Shown: in pieces, positions 23,501 through 37,900 of the stretch
How positions within the stretch are numbered: position 1 is the stretch's first letter
Layout: every line of letters starts with the position of its first letter
Assembly (NCBI GenBank): GCA_030704615.1
Contig: CM060732.1
Location: forward strand, 55,304,001 to 55,368,000
Source of the DNA: Takakia lepidozioides
Lineage: Eukaryota > Plantae > Bryophyta
DNA length: 64,000 nucleotides
Direction: 5' to 3'
Notes under the pieces: model-generated
The model's database searches: none
The model's input: the letters and a program-made list of their open reading frames with translations, nothing else
What the model was told of the DNA's origin: nothing
Made by a program: the position numbers and the translations under genes

Positions 23501-25706
23501 GTCTCATGATGATGGTTGGGTTACATACTGCAGAGAGAGAAACACATGTGGGCGGGGATAGTCAAGGAAGGCATCATACTCAGTAATAAGGAGGTCTGGC
23601 TCCAGGCGATCTATCTGGGCAGCCCCTAGGTGGCGATCTGGAGTCATGTTATAATCTCCTGTGTATATCACAGTGTCGGCCCCTGCCTTCACATAAAACA
23701 TCGCAGCTCCAAGCACCTATCTCAAACATTTTCAATGATAATTAGATACATAGCTTTATTTCCAGACCAGCATAAGAGGGTCAATCCTTCAGAAACTAGA
23801 AAGGATCTCTGACTTTTTGCTTTGAAACCGAAAACCATCTGGACACCAGGCGAGTTGTCAGAACGTCTTATATACAACTGCAAACAAAATCACTACTACA
23901 TATGACAAACTTACCCAATTCTGAAAAGGGATGGTAGGTGACTTACATGGCCTGCATAATAAGCTCTAATCTCAAGATCTGCATCAACCTGTATCGTTTG
24001 CCGCAAATCAACCGCAGTCACTGTAAATCCCCCAGGTAATCTATGTTAGTAATCTCAAGCAATTGCATCTCTGCACTGAATCCCTGAAAGCCCTACTTGG
24101 CAAAGTCTGCCCAACTTCAAAATGCTCATTAACAGGCTGCAATGACATGATACTAGGAAATACGAGGTTGACTTTAGCCACCCCTCTAGCCCTCTAGCAG
24201 CAACAGATGGGAGTTTACATGTGTGTGACAGACAGGGAGAGAGACCTTTTTTCATGCATTGCTGGATCTGGAGGACACTGAACTGCTCCTGTTCTCCTTT
24301 CCTCTCAACCATCACCTTCCGATAATCCTCCAGCATCAAGGGTGCCAGTGCTTTAGTTGGATACTGAAACCTTCACAAGAGTTGTCCATGTGTTATGCAT
24401 GGATGAGGCATATTTTCAGCCTGAATTCACCTGGCCTTGCAATCAAGTTGTGATTCTAAATTATGCTGTTGGAATTGGCAGTCCGATTTGTGAGAGGTAC
24501 TTTATAGATCTGTCTGTCAACATGCAGAGACTGGAACAGTGGAGGATTATGGCCCTTACAGTCATGTAAACAGGGCCTTCATAGCCACAGACTTCGGTGA
24601 AGTATGGTAGAGCTCCAATGTGATCCAAATGGCTGCAAGGACAAATAGTCATCAAGAGAGAGACATGATGTACACGTAATGAAGTTGTTTGGCGTCGGAG
24701 ATGTCAAAGCATAGTGGCCCTGAGACAAAAACATTACAGCCTAAATGGTGGCACAGATTACAACTCAACTGTCCCACAAAGTCATGCACAATGAGCAGTA
24801 GTATTCATAGAATGTGAAATAAATGCATCATAAAAGTAGTAACCATATGACTATGACTTGTGAAGTGTGCCAGATTTCAAAGGGAGAGAAGGGAGAGTAT
24901 GACAAGGGAACATGTTATCTGCAACAATTATGAGGACCAAGAAGACAATCACACACAGGAGATTCAATATCCTTCCGGACAAGGAGTGCAAACAAAGAAG
25001 ACCTAAACACATAATACTTGCATGGAATCCAAAAATAGTCTGAAATATCAATTTGAGACTATCCGCAACAGAGCTTACAAGTGAGTCACGATAACACAGT
25101 CAATAGCTTGAGTGTAGTTGCCAGTCTTTGAAATGAATGAGAAATCTGGGTACCGGCGCTCATCCTGGTAGCCCATATGCATACCACAGTCGAACATAAT
25201 ATTTTTTCCTCCCACCGTCACTATCACGCAGCTCTTTCCCACATCTTGGCCAGCCCCTGCATCGCCATTGACGGAATATGGCATTGAAGAGCAACAGTGG
25301 AAGGGGGGTGTAACATATTCAGGCTGCACGTGACGAGAGCGACTGGATATTTTATTAGAGGTCGGGAGTCCCTTTGCTTCTGGGACTACTGTTAATTGAA
25401 TCCCACTAGAATTCCATGAAATTCTCCAATTATGACTCACTTGCAAAGCACAGATGCCATATCATCATTAGTCAAGGTTCCATGGCTCTTCATTCAACAC
25501 TCCCCACAAAGCTAAACCTTACTTCCTTCCTTCCTTCCTTCCTTCCTTCGGATATCTCCCTGCTTCCTTCCTGATGGCTCTCTCGTCCCTTCGAGATGAT
25601 TGTGAATGTAGAAGGAACGAAGCTTTACTTGCTGAGTGGCGGAAAGACGGAAAGACGGCGAGAGAGGGGGAAGGCACAAACCAAGGGGAACACATTTGAT
25701 GATCAT
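17502..25706 (-). CDS. CPSF73-II: CPSF73-II / Integrator subunit 11, metallo-beta-lactamase beta-CASP endonuclease (~14 exons)
   Basis: MIIKCVPL|[89 protein letters not shown]. Exons are bounded by GT-AG. Stop at 17502-17504. Confidence 0.95.
21830..21900 (-). mobile_element. LINE 3'-end fragment in a CPSF73-II intron
   Basis: GTACTCATAAGACATTGTTTGCCGT matches GTACTCATAAGACGTTGTTTGCCGT at the LINE terminus (37476). Confidence 0.6.
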
Positions 25707-25993
25707 TTTTTCTTGCAGGAGAATGCCTGTGAACTTCTTTCACAGTTTTCTCTGTGGCCGTGCCTCGCTCTCCTTCTGCCTATGTTCCATCACCCAACAA
25801 GTCTCTCCTCTCCCTCACACAAACAATTACGCAAGCTGCGTGATCCCTGCTCTTCCTTCAGGTTGTTTCTAGGAAAACATCGTTGACAAACATTTCTTCC
25901 TCCATAATCGTGGGCCCTCATCTTTGAGAACGTAGATGTGATCATGTCACTTTATGTACCATTGTATGTAAAGGAAACATTACGAAAACAGAG

Positions 25994-26010
25994 TAGGGTT
26001 TAGGGTTTTT
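25994..26010. promoter_or_regulatory. Telo-box (TAGGGTTTAGGGTTT) upstream of CPSF73-II
   Basis: Two plant telomeric units ~290 bp upstream of the ATG. Similar boxes at ~8915 and ~9285 upstream of the FYVE gene. Confidence 0.45.
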
Positions 26011-26109
26011 GGAACCCCCTTTCACACATGGAAACATTGGGATTCTTGCTTGTGGATGGTTTTGTTAGTTTTTTTCTTGATGTCTCTCTTCTTCTTTTCC
26101 TGATTTGGA

Positions 26110-26269
26110 TGAACCACCGGATTCAGATTCAGCTGTTTTTTCAGGAATTGGATCCCAACGTAATGGCCAAAGACCACCACCATTGGCAATTTATCCACCA
26201 AGAAAAACTGGTCTTTGGCCATTACGGTGGGATCTAATTCCTGAAAAACAGCTGAATCCGGTAGTTCAG
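26110..26269. ncRNA. Fold-back hairpin derived from the Dof-like gene repeat; candidate hpRNA/young MIRNA
   Basis: Arms 26110-26176 and 26209-26269 are ~60-bp imperfect inverted repeats with a 32-nt loop. The sequence matches the 117-bp repeat of the Dof-like genes. Expression is not demonstrated. Confidence 0.45.
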
Positions 26270-26545
26270 TTTCTTTCTCCATTAAAAAGAACTCTCGTAC
26301 GTCCCTGTATAGCTGCAAGGCGGTCTATTGGAAAGGGATGATATTTGGACGGAATCCGTACATCTTGAGGACTGAATTGCGAATCCATCTCACTCTCACC
26401 TACAGAAGACGTGCAATTCTGGCACCGCTTCAGGACATGTATCTGCAATGCTTCATTAAACTATATGTACAGCAAGTCAGTTTTCGAAACGAGGAGACTA
26501 GCTGAGCTCAACTGAAAGACGCCTACATACCACTCTGTACCCACA

Positions 26546-29500
26546 CTAAGCTCTACGTAGCAGAGACAGAACAGTCTGCATCGGCTTGGTGGAGAGGGCT
26601 TTCCAGAAGGACCATTGGGTGCAGCTTGGTTCAGAAGTAAATGCATGAGCCGAACCTGCCTCACAGGTGCCATGGCTGCCTCCTCTGACGGGACGGACAA
26701 CCTGTGGCTTGCCAAGCAAAGAGCGTCCTCGAGCCATTGAGCCTGCTTCACCATCCAAATTTTCGAATATCCACTAGTTCACTGAATCCTCGCTGAATTC
26801 ACTAGATCAACAAGATTGACATTACTAAGAGCTTGGGAAAAGACTGGTATGGCAACCAACACAACACATGTCACAGCTGTGGTCACCTAAACATATTTGC
26901 TAGTATCATTTAATACTGTTTAGTAAGATTTCAAGGCTAGCACGCACATATCAGTCCTGTTTGTAACTGGTGTGAGAGAGAGGGTGACCTGCAAGGGGGA
27001 TGCAATAGCCAGGTGAACCCTTTGAAAGACAGACACATGCCAACAATTCCATCTTGAGACCTTCGTTTTCCCTTGTAAGCTGCAATGCAAGGTATGGAAA
27101 AGAATGTTTAACACCACAAAATTGCAGAAAAAATGTAGTTTGAACATTGTTAAAGTATCATGGCTGCTGATTAGTGGGCGTTCCCCTTCCCAATTCATCA
27201 TACAACTCTCCAAGTTTTTGATTTTCAGGAATCTACCAAGGTTAAGGGAGTAAGCTATGTACTTGCAATAATATAATTAGATCTTATGACCTTATCGAGA
27301 TCCTCCATCAGGTCCTCTACAGATTTCTGTAGAAATGTGAGCGTCCTGGTTGTCTCTTCTTCCAGCAGGCTCAGTCTGGAACCATCAACACCCTTCTCAG
27401 CTGGCGTCTCTACCAGATCGTATGTGCTGGGTAGGTCTAGGATGAGGCCTTCCTCAATGAAGAGATCCTTAAGGACGTTGATGATATCGTCTAGTGTTGG
27501 GGGTGACTTCTTGGACAACATCAGCTTCAGCTGTGCATGGTCATTCACCACAATCCCTATATAAGATATTCATTACACCTTGAGACTGCCCTGTAAGAAA
27601 ATCGCTGCCCGTGTGTCTCGTTCACTTGTGACAACAATGCCTTGACTCTACCTCCACCTTGGTTTCAGGCCTGCTCCACTAAGGCTCTGTGCCTGACGGA
27701 CTAGAGTCACCTATTCATTCGGACTTTTATAAACTTGACATTTCAGGACACGTCTCCTCCTGAAGGCAGTAAACTGTATGGCTGCAAAGGTAGAAGCTTA
27801 CCTTTTCCAAGAAGTCGGGAGAGCTCTCGTTGGCAACATTTGAACTAGGTGAAATACTGTGCATCGAAGTCACAGTCTCGGTAGACATCCCTGTCTCTGC
27901 GTCAGAGTTGTCAAAAGCTCTGTAAGTGCTGCTTACAGCTAGCCAATGTGTCTGAGCTAAATAGCCTAAACCACCATGTGCTTGGGCACAAGTACACTCG
28001 TGAACAATTTGCGACAGGTCAACTACACTGGTATACTAAGAACAGGACAGCAATGTCAGATGCCACCATGATGTCATCCTGAATGTCTATACTACCGGAA
28101 TCTTCGAGAACCTTGATCCAGAGATCGTAAACGAGCATTTAAGATGAGGACTTGTCCCCGCAATTTCTCGCATTCTTGATCTGCTTTCCGGAGAAGCTGT
28201 TCTATTTCATGCCGCCCTCTTTCAGCATTGACTTGCGGTTTGTTCTTTAGCTGCTTCGCCCTGTAGGACAGCCATATTGTTGAGACAACAGCTCATATGT
28301 ACAGCACTGCAGAAACCGAGAAACGAGATCAATGAGCCAGGTAAATGTTTTACATATGTCACCACATACATGTTTAGAACAGTAGGACAAATTTCCTTGG
28401 TGCATCAAGATACACAATTCGAGTGATCATCTCTACCACAGACTTCGAGAGTTAGAACGGCTTAGGAGCACAGAAGTTGACAATAGCGCTGATTCAATAG
28501 CAGGAAGAGAGGTCCGAAGCTTTGTAGGTCACCAATTCATGGGCCCAGCTATGAAGCTGCAGACAAGAGACATATCAACGTGCACAGAGACGGTGGCTGG
28601 TGTAGCGAAGCATCAAAGCACTCACCTGGTCCCAAAGCGTAGAGTCGATAATGTCTCTGAAGCATGTAAGGAGCTGGGAGAGCAGCAACAGAGTAGTGTC
28701 GTCCGGGAGTTGCCACCCTGTGAAGTTGATGATTGGTTTCAGGTGAACATTTAAGTACTGGTTTCAGTGTTTGAGTGTGTGCAGTTGCAGATTTCCAAAA
28801 GGGGAGACATGCAGATACAGGAGATTAAATCCCTCACACAGAACGTTATTCCAGACCACACATTAGTCTGAACGGGACATGATCAATCACACGCACAATC
28901 ACAGATACTTTGCAATTAAGACAGCACCCACCAGTGATTCTTGCAGAATACGAGTCAGTTTTGAGTCACGGTAGGGAATATGACCAGTCCTCTCTGCAGA
29001 AAATAACATCATGGGAGCCAGAAAAGACCAGTCAGCAACAGTACTATACGTACATTTGGTATACAGTGAGGGGTCAAGATTAGTACCTTGATCACTGTAG
29101 GTCCCTCATTTGAATGTAGTTCTAAGATGTGGGTGGACTCACCAGCTGTGAGGGCATTGATCACATTGCCAAGGGCTGAGAGAGACTTGTTGATTGTCTT
29201 TGCTTCACAGAGAATTCTTCCTTCAGCACCAGTTTTTTCGACCTTCTCAGATCCTGCCAGGTCCACCAAGTAGAGTTTTCCTGTCTTCACACTTGAAGAC
29301 CCAGTCTCATGTCAGATGATTACAAAAACAACCATAGCTCCATATACATGTCATCGGACTAATCCTCCGACTGGTGAAAATGTGCACAAGTTCAATTTTT
29401 CTAGGTAGTATATGAACTCATCCTAGCAGAGGTGTGCATGCAAAGATTGTCTTCCAAAGGACTCACTTGGTACAACAACTAAACCAAAGCATCATGCTCG

Positions 29501-32359
29501 AGATTGTCTGTTTTATATATATATATATATATATATGACTGTATGTTATCATTTGCATATATATAATGTTCACAAAAAAACTCCTGCAGAAGGAGCATCT
29601 CTCTCAAGTGTGACCGTGCAGTATATTCACCTTCGATCTTCGATGTTAGTTTGTTGAATTGTAACAAGAAACACACAATGGCTCCTGCTGCTTCCAGCAT
29701 TCATCTCTGGTAAATTAGGTCAGAGAAACATGGAGTCTGATACCCACTTGAAAAATATCAACCTGCTGCAGCCTGCTAAATATTCCATACCATTGAACTT
29801 CTGGACCTTGATCTTATGATCCAGAGTGCCTATATGTTATTTAAATCTATATTTGTAGCACAAAGAGCAGGTGAGCTTGGAAATCTAAAACCAGTCACCG
29901 GATCTTTAAATGACATCAATCATTACATCAAGACCTATTTAAGATTCAAAAGCCTAAAAGCCTTGAACATTGAACACATCAGGTGGGGATACGTGTCGCT
30001 CCTACTGCTCTGTTAGCTACACCAGCCTGCAGTTAGGATGAGGTCACTTGATTGCCAAACATTTGAAGTGCAATGAGACATATCTGACTGCAAAGACTCA
30101 ATGTAGCGCTGCAGTAACATGTGCAAAAGAAGACATTTACAGCGGGGTGTACTTCTGCGGAGAATTGTGGAAGCCTGACCAAAAAATCTCTAGTAGTTCG
30201 TGTACAGGGATAATATGCACCTGAAGAATTCGGAGCATTTCCTCTTCAGTTTGAATGTAGCTCTGTCCAGATAACATCAATTGAGCCCGAAGTCTCATAA
30301 GTGCAGTGAGAGTGCAGCGCAATAATAAGGTCAACGTCAATCTTATGATCATTCTTAATTAAACCGTCAGTTCTGAGTTCTGTTTATAATGCCTTATAAT
30401 GTTTGCCTGTGCATGCGGCCTGCAGGTTTGCATGTTTGTGTATCTGAGAGAGGGCAAGGAATTGCGATCTAGGATGTACCTCAGTGGCCCCTGCTACAAA
30501 GATTCCCTGTGCTTTGTTCTCCTTCACCTGAAGATTATCCTTTGTTGAATCCAATAAGTCTCTGCATCAAAAGATTGAAGCTGAGTAATGAGCTGATCAT
30601 CTTCGTCTTTAGGAGCTGAAATAGAAGAGAATGTTCCTGAAGTACAGTTGGGAAAGTAAAAATTTAGAACTCCCAACCTTATCTTCTCCATGTATATCTC
30701 CACCTGATAACAGCACCCAAAGACTGTCAGCATAAAGGCTTCGCAAATCACACGGTGACAACTTCCGGCAAGCTTGACAACTGTAAATACTTCTAACAAT
30801 GAAATAAGCCAAGATCTGGAAGTTATCATCAAACTAGTGGCAAAACAAGCAATCGCTGGATGGAGGAACTAACCATGGACAGCTTGATTGTGAACTCAGA
30901 AATCTCATCAGCATCCTCTATAAACTCAAAAATACATTGGGCGACTCTGGGGAGTATTCCTTTCAATAAAGGACTATTTATTTGCATGTTTGGCCCCTGC
31001 CAGGCTCACAGTGAATATGTTAGCAACAGACTGACACTGGTCACTTGCTGCTGTACGCACCTTTTCTTGGTGCTTTTGTAGCTAGGAAGCTCCTAGGAAG
31101 TTACATAGTCTCACTACTCTGATTAACTTGCATAGTCTTATTATACATGCCTGTTTTCTTCATTCAGATGACACTCCCAATAAGTCCTGAACCTCCTGGA
31201 ACAATATAATTTATCATCAATTGGTAAATACCTCCATGCTGTGCGTTTTGCCAGCTCCAGTCTAAGAAAAACCCCAGAAGAATGTCAGTCCGGGACAGTT
31301 CAGAAAAAGACTTCTGAAGAAACAACACTCAAAAGATGTGAAACAGATCCACGTGTGGGCTTGTTAAGGCTTGCTGTCAATGACTGATGAAGTCCTTCAG
31401 AATGTCATTTCTATGTCACAATTTGCCTGCCTCAGTACATTTTAAGGGCAACAAGGATCAATTGGCCTGCACCTGGCCATATGCAAGGACTGTCCCGTTT
31501 ATTGCGTTCATAGCATCTGCAGAACCCCAGACACATTTAGTAGAACATCATGTGGCTGTAATGGTTGCTTGCCACGTCCAGTTATCCGAGAATTCCAGTG
31601 AACGATATTCTTAAAACTAGTTATTACAAGACACTTCAAGAAAGTTTCAAGATTCATAAGATACTGGACTGTAAAGACAACTGTCCAGAAAGTATTTTGA
31701 TTACCTTTAACGATGGGCATTGCAACGAATTCGAACACATCAGCTTGAGTAGAATCCTCGTAGAAGATCCTGTCAAAACTGAACGCTGCTTCTTCCTCTT
31801 TTTCGTCCTGTTCAACAGCCGAGGATAGTGCATAATCAAATGTATTAACCAACTATTCGTAGATCAAGAGTGCATTCTCGCGGTTGTTGCCGGACATGTT
31901 CAACAGATCCTGAAGACTTGCTAGATTCGGAGAGCCCCAAAAGTGAGTCAACAGTAGCACAATAGACGGCTTCCAAAGTATTGAACGAATATTGAACTTC
32001 AACCCGACACATGCATCGCTCTCTGATCTTAGAGAAAACACCGCACAATATGCATGCAAGTATCTTTCAAAAAACATTTCCTCCAGCATGCTATCCTCCA
32101 GTGGGCCCGTAACATATGACACCTTTCAGGAAATTGGCCTGAACGGTCTTCTATTGCCGGATAGTGATTAAGAAACAGTCAAGTATCACATTTGAATCAC
32201 CATTGGCAATTACAATGCAAACTTTCAAATCTCAAACAACAATACCTTGAATATGAATGATTCATGGTCAGTCCGACAAATACAAGCCGCCTCTGATCCA
32301 AAGCCAACCTCTCTTGTATTTAATGGCCTCAATCGCACACATACCGATACATTCGACAT
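26546..32359 (-). CDS. PSS1: Kinesin-1 family motor, PSS1/KIN1-like (multi-exon)
   Basis: [29 protein letters not shown]|TGAGKT P-loop, [50 protein letters not shown]. Tail motif VVRPVRGG. Stop position is inferred. Confidence 0.9.
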
Positions 32360-34366
32360 CTTTTGCAATTTGTTACCGAGACAAGTGAGTGTCAAAGTAA
32401 CACCAAACAAGCGCAATGGTGGAATAACCCCGGAATAACAGACGGCAGTCCAAAAAAAAGTTTTATATCAAGCCCTGAAATGTGAGCCCTACGCAGAGTC
32501 AATCTGCTCAGCAGTGAAGAACATCTAGAACCTAGTAAGGTAAGATTCTAAGCTCCACCTTCACTAACTTGGAGGAAAAATGCAGTGAAATTTGCAGAAA
32601 ATCTTGATGCCAACCAGTCAACAAACAATTGTTGAGACATTCTGACAAAGACAGCAAAAATTTCTGGACAGTTTTCGCCGGATCAACCTTCCAGAGAAAC
32701 TACATTCAAGGGCGTGATGAGTTGGAATTCTCATAAAAGGAAAAACGAAGATACGAGGATTCTACAATGGCACTATCCGACTTGTCCATGCCCAAGCGGC
32801 GAACAAAAGTTGAGAATGGCGGGAGAAGAAGCTTTTAAAAAACAAAGTAATTGCATCTCCTCGTTTTTAGAAAACGGAAAATCTTGAAAAATGTAAAGGT
32901 AAAAAAGACATTGGACAGGCTTTCTGTTAAGGATTGCGTTCCGATAGCCTTTCGTAAAGCAACTCAGGCTCCAGGGATATGCTCAATGAAAATCTTGGTC
33001 AGCCGCGAAGGATTGGATGAAAGAGACAATCTCTGCTTCAATGTATGTTGGTAGGAAGAATCAGGAAGCTTTATTTACAAACTGACATGAGAGATATCGA
33101 GGGAGATGAGGGACATTTTGGAGCATACAAAACCCTTCCCGATGTTATCAAGGGAGCTTGTATGTGTTACCTTCTAAGGTTGCATTGATATTGTGTATCA
33201 GGCATGGCCTGTGCGGCAAAGGGGGGTCAGGCGGTGCGCTTACCCGATACTATATCAAATTGCTCTGCCACCAGGTGCGGTCATCTGTACTTTACCATTT
33301 ATAGCATACGTGCTCTCTCTGCACACCGATTTGGCTTGCATTAGAGGGATGACTGAGCCTGTCTCCTGGCCTATCCTTTAGTCTTGTTCTCTTAGGTGAC
33401 TTGTGGGATCAGTATTTTCTGCGTGTCAGAATCCGGCGTACATTCAGGGCTTCAGGTTGATTTTTCTTCTTAGAGATATGGGCTGTTTCCTTCTCGACTT
33501 TGGATCTTAGCACCCAAAGTCTGTCTGTACCAAATCATGGCTAGTATTCGGAGCAATCGTAAAGCTTAAAGCCACCCTCAAGGCAAGTTTATAACTAAAA
33601 TGAAAGTGAGGGAATGTGGTCCCAAGTCGAGCAGAAAACCTGGACGTCGTGGGTACTGCCCTCTGTATATTGCATGAGGATTGCTTCTTCGCAGTTTGTG
33701 TCCGAGGGTACAATTGGAGAATATTTTAGAAATGGTAGAAAGTCAGGACCGATGAGGAGGAGCACTAAGCATAGCATTTACAAGAGCCTCTCTCTACTTC
33801 TTTTCTCCGTCTGCCGTTGCCATCCCCTCTAGCTGTTTTAGGAGGACAACTGTTTTTACTCATTTATTTAGTCACTGCCCAGTGGTAACAACATCCATTT
33901 TGAGAAATCATAGAAAAGACTAATACGATTGGTGGCATGTTCCTCAACACTGGTGTTGTAAGTAGAGGCTCTCTTGTGTACTAGCACCTGAAAATCTTGG
34001 TCTTTCAGGAAAGTATATGGGCACACTCCAACCCATGGATCCAGTGTCAGAATAGTAACAAATTGACTACAAAGCGTTTCGAAATTATTAAGTTTCAAGA
34101 GCTGTACCGAACAGAGCTACAGAAAAAATTAGTCACCAGTCAGATGGCTTTTGTTGTGATGTCTTGATCCTTGCATTGTTGATTGTAGGTGTGATTCACA
34201 GACTGATTTACCAACATCGGCTCTTCACTGTGCGAAATGCATCTCGGGTGGGAAGCATGTTTTGAGAATGAACAGAAAGGTAGCTGTTTCCTTCAATATT
34301 ACACAGAAAATACACCTTAACAATAAAGGGGAAAGGCGAGGACCAGATTTTCAGTTGACATATTCC

Positions 34367-34894
34367 ATGTCCTCTCTACGAAGTGTGCCATCAGCAGGAT
34401 TGTCCAATGGCATATTACGACAATCCATTTGTTCTCAAAGAAAGATCCCAACGGTCCGTTTACTCGCTGAAGCACCAGGCAGAAAGATTCAAGCTACCGG
34501 GTCTTCTGCAGTGGCAGTAAAACTGGCGTCTTCTGCTGGAAATGCAGATACCAAATGTTTGGCTCGACAGGTACAACATGCACAAGATGTTCATGGCACT
34601 TCAAGGACAGCTTCTGTTGCTTTACAAGATACTGCTAGCGCTGCAGAGTCATCGTTGTCAGGGCTTCTTGAGATTGCGCTGTGGTCTTTACTCAATGACT
34701 GTTTGAAGCAATGTAACTGGCAAGTTGCACTTGACGTACGTGCTTTATCGTGTTTCTTTTTGCTGTTTTAGTCCCCTACTTTACACATAGGATAGTGTCG
34801 TGGAGAACCCTCAATGAGTTCTCTCTCTCTGTTCCACTCAAACTGGGCACGGGGTCAATGGCCACAAGGCACGGCAAACAACGTCTTATGAGTA

Positions 34895-34945
<51 letters not shown>

Positions 34946-37900
34946 GGTTCTCTCTTCTACTACGTCCCATACATTCTTTGGGCTTTCTTTCTCTGTTGCT
35001 TTCACACTCCAGTTGATCTAAGTGGACATGTATTGAGAACATTGTAAATCTCAGAATGATTCTGGACATCTGGACACCATGGCCAACTTGCTGTATGGAG
35101 GAGCCTTCATGTTCTGAAAACTTAAATGGGACCATTATTTGTGCATCTTACAAGGGCTTTACCAGCCTGCTTATGTACACCAAACTGTCATGCACTAGAT
35201 CCTGATAAGCTTTAGTCAGGCACTCTTGCAGTTCCTTGATCTGTGAAGGGATGCAATTCTGAAAAAAAACATTCTCTTAATACAGGTGTTTGCAGCCATG
35301 AAACAGGCTGAAGAGTACAAGGCGAGTGTGAATGTCTACACTGTCATGCTACGCATCATGGCCAAAGCCAAGCAACCCCACCGTGCTCTCCAACTCTTCC
35401 AGGAGATGCAGACCTTGGGTTTCCACCCTGATGCCTATGTGTTCACTGCTCTACTTGATGCATACGGGCGCACTGACATGCTGGACCAAGCTGTAGCTGT
35501 ATTTGAGCATATGAAGGCAACCCCCTGTTGCATGCCCAATGCATTAACCTATGGTTGCATGATGGCTGCTTATGGACGTGTGAATCAATGGGACAAGATC
35601 AAGGCACTATTTCAGGAGATGAGAGAGATGGGGCTGAAACCCCTTAGCTTGACATTTAATGTTGTCATAAGTGCGTATGGCAAAGCAGCCCTGTGGGACA
35701 AAATGGAGGGGGCATTGGATGCCATGGTTGCTGCAGGGTGTACCCCAGATACAACTACATATAATACAATGCTTGACGCATATGGGAAGCACAGCCAGTA
35801 CTTCAGTATGGAGAGAACTATCAACCGCATGCATGCGGCAAAATGTCGAGCAGACGTTTTGACTTACAGCTCCCTTATGGATGCGTACAGAAAATCTGGA
35901 CAGTATAAGAAAATGGAGGAGACTTTGGAGCACATGAGGAAGGCAGGGTTTAGGCCGGATGTGAAGGCATTCAGTCTTCTTATTGATGTATATGGGAAAC
36001 GCGGAATGTTTGAGAGAATGAAGGCCACCCTGCAGGTAAAAGATCCTTGTAGGTACTATTGGATGTGCATTTCATACGTACATATGAACCTGAAAAATTA
36101 GCATGTTTCATTTGTTCAGTGGGATTCATATAGGATCATCTTTCAAGGGACAATGCTGCCTTTGTAGTGGTCATAAGAGCAGCACATAAGCCTACTTGTT
36201 CAGAAGATTACAATTCGACCAACCAATCAGCTCTAGTAAGCTGCCGGTGACTGTTTCTTGCATTTCTTTGCCTCCACTGTTGCTTCATACCTAACAACCT
36301 TGGAGTAAGGCAAGGATGAGTTGTGCGCATACTCAAGCAGATTGTTTTAGAAAGCAGTGTAATTAGTTGCCATAGTGTACCCTGTAAGCTCTTTTGGCCG
36401 GATGTTTTCACCAGAGATAGAGGTTTATTTTTGTTGCTTGTGCTACACTGTGGTCTGTAGGAAATGCGAGCAGCAGGGTGCCAGGCGAATGTAGTGACAT
36501 ATACAGCCATAGTGGATGCTTATGGAAAAGCAGGAAGGTATAAGGAAATGGAGGACGTTTGGGCCAGTATGAAGGCTCTTGGGCTACAACCTGATCCTGC
36601 TGCCTTCATTGCTACAATCAGTGCCTATGGTCGGCATGGTCTTTACGAGAAAATGCAGGCCAGGTTTGAGGAGCTTCAGGTGGAGCTCAGAATTATCCCC
36701 TCCTTGAAGATACTGCAGTGTTTTATGGGCAAAACCATTCAATCGTCATTTTGGGTCTTTCAGAGATTAACCTCGAATGTTGTACTTACTGCTGAGCCTC
36801 ATCCTTCTTGTTCCTTCGCTACCCATAGGGATTGATTTGAGCAGCCTATTAAGCCTTCAAACCTTTGGCAATGATCTTCAGCTATGGTGGTGTGCAAATT
36901 GATTCTTCACTTAATGATGGAAGCAGAATTGATGTGTGCCTTCTTATGGATGCTGTTTGTGAGCTTGAATTTGCCTGATAGAGAACATGGACCTGAATCG
37001 TGTTTCCACGGACCACTCTGTATATTATCGGGGGGTTTTTGTGTCGCAGGAAACTACAAAGAAAATGCGCTTTGTTTGGCCGGAGCCTGGCCGAACTGCC
37101 TACAATGTGCTGATCGATGCCTACGGCAAGGGCAAGCGCATTGACCGTATGGAGGCAGCATTTGGGGCTATGGAATCCAAAGGGCACCAACCTGATGTGG
37201 TCACATATAGGTACTATTTCTCAACTCATTGCACTGCTGTGTCTATGCTCTTCTTGTCATTTGCAAGTGCCTAATAACCCTTCAGCAATTCCCAGCATGT
37301 TATATGTGTGCACAGTAAGATATGAATTTCTTTCACAGAGTAAAAGAGTAGTGAGTTTTGCATATGGGATATTATTAATTTCTTATTGCATGAAAGTGGA
37401 TGCTTCTGTTCACAAAATTGTGAAAATTGTTGACCAATCGTAGGTGAAGGAAAAGAAACAAAGGAGTGAGAGATTGTACTCATAAGACGTTGTTTGCCGT
37501 TGCCTTGTGGCCATTGACCCCGCGCCCAGTTTGAGCGGGAACAAAAGGGACAGAACCTACCTCTGTCAGGGGCTGACGTTGGTAGTAAGACTTACCTCCA
37601 TATAAAGAATTAATCCGGGTTTTCCAGATATCCTCTAGAAATCCCTTCACACAAGCATCAATCTGCTGTGTGTGATTTGCCCAAAAACTAGGCCTCAGGA
37701 GGGCCTGGGCTTTTGGCTCAGCCTCGAGACTTTCAAAGTTGGTAAACAGGGGTACAGGCACAATTCCCTTAATAGATTTGAAGAGAGCGTCTCTTTGGTG
37801 AGAGAACCCCGGACAGTGTATCAGAAAATGAATACTGTCTTCAGATTGCCCACACAACGGGCAATTGCACTCTCCCTTTCCTCTCTGCTTCTATTTGCTG

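Noticed and set aside
26022-26341. Third Dof-like protein gene
   Set aside because: Only repeat-unit sequence is present, without the zinc finger. The ORFs are by-products of the hairpin.
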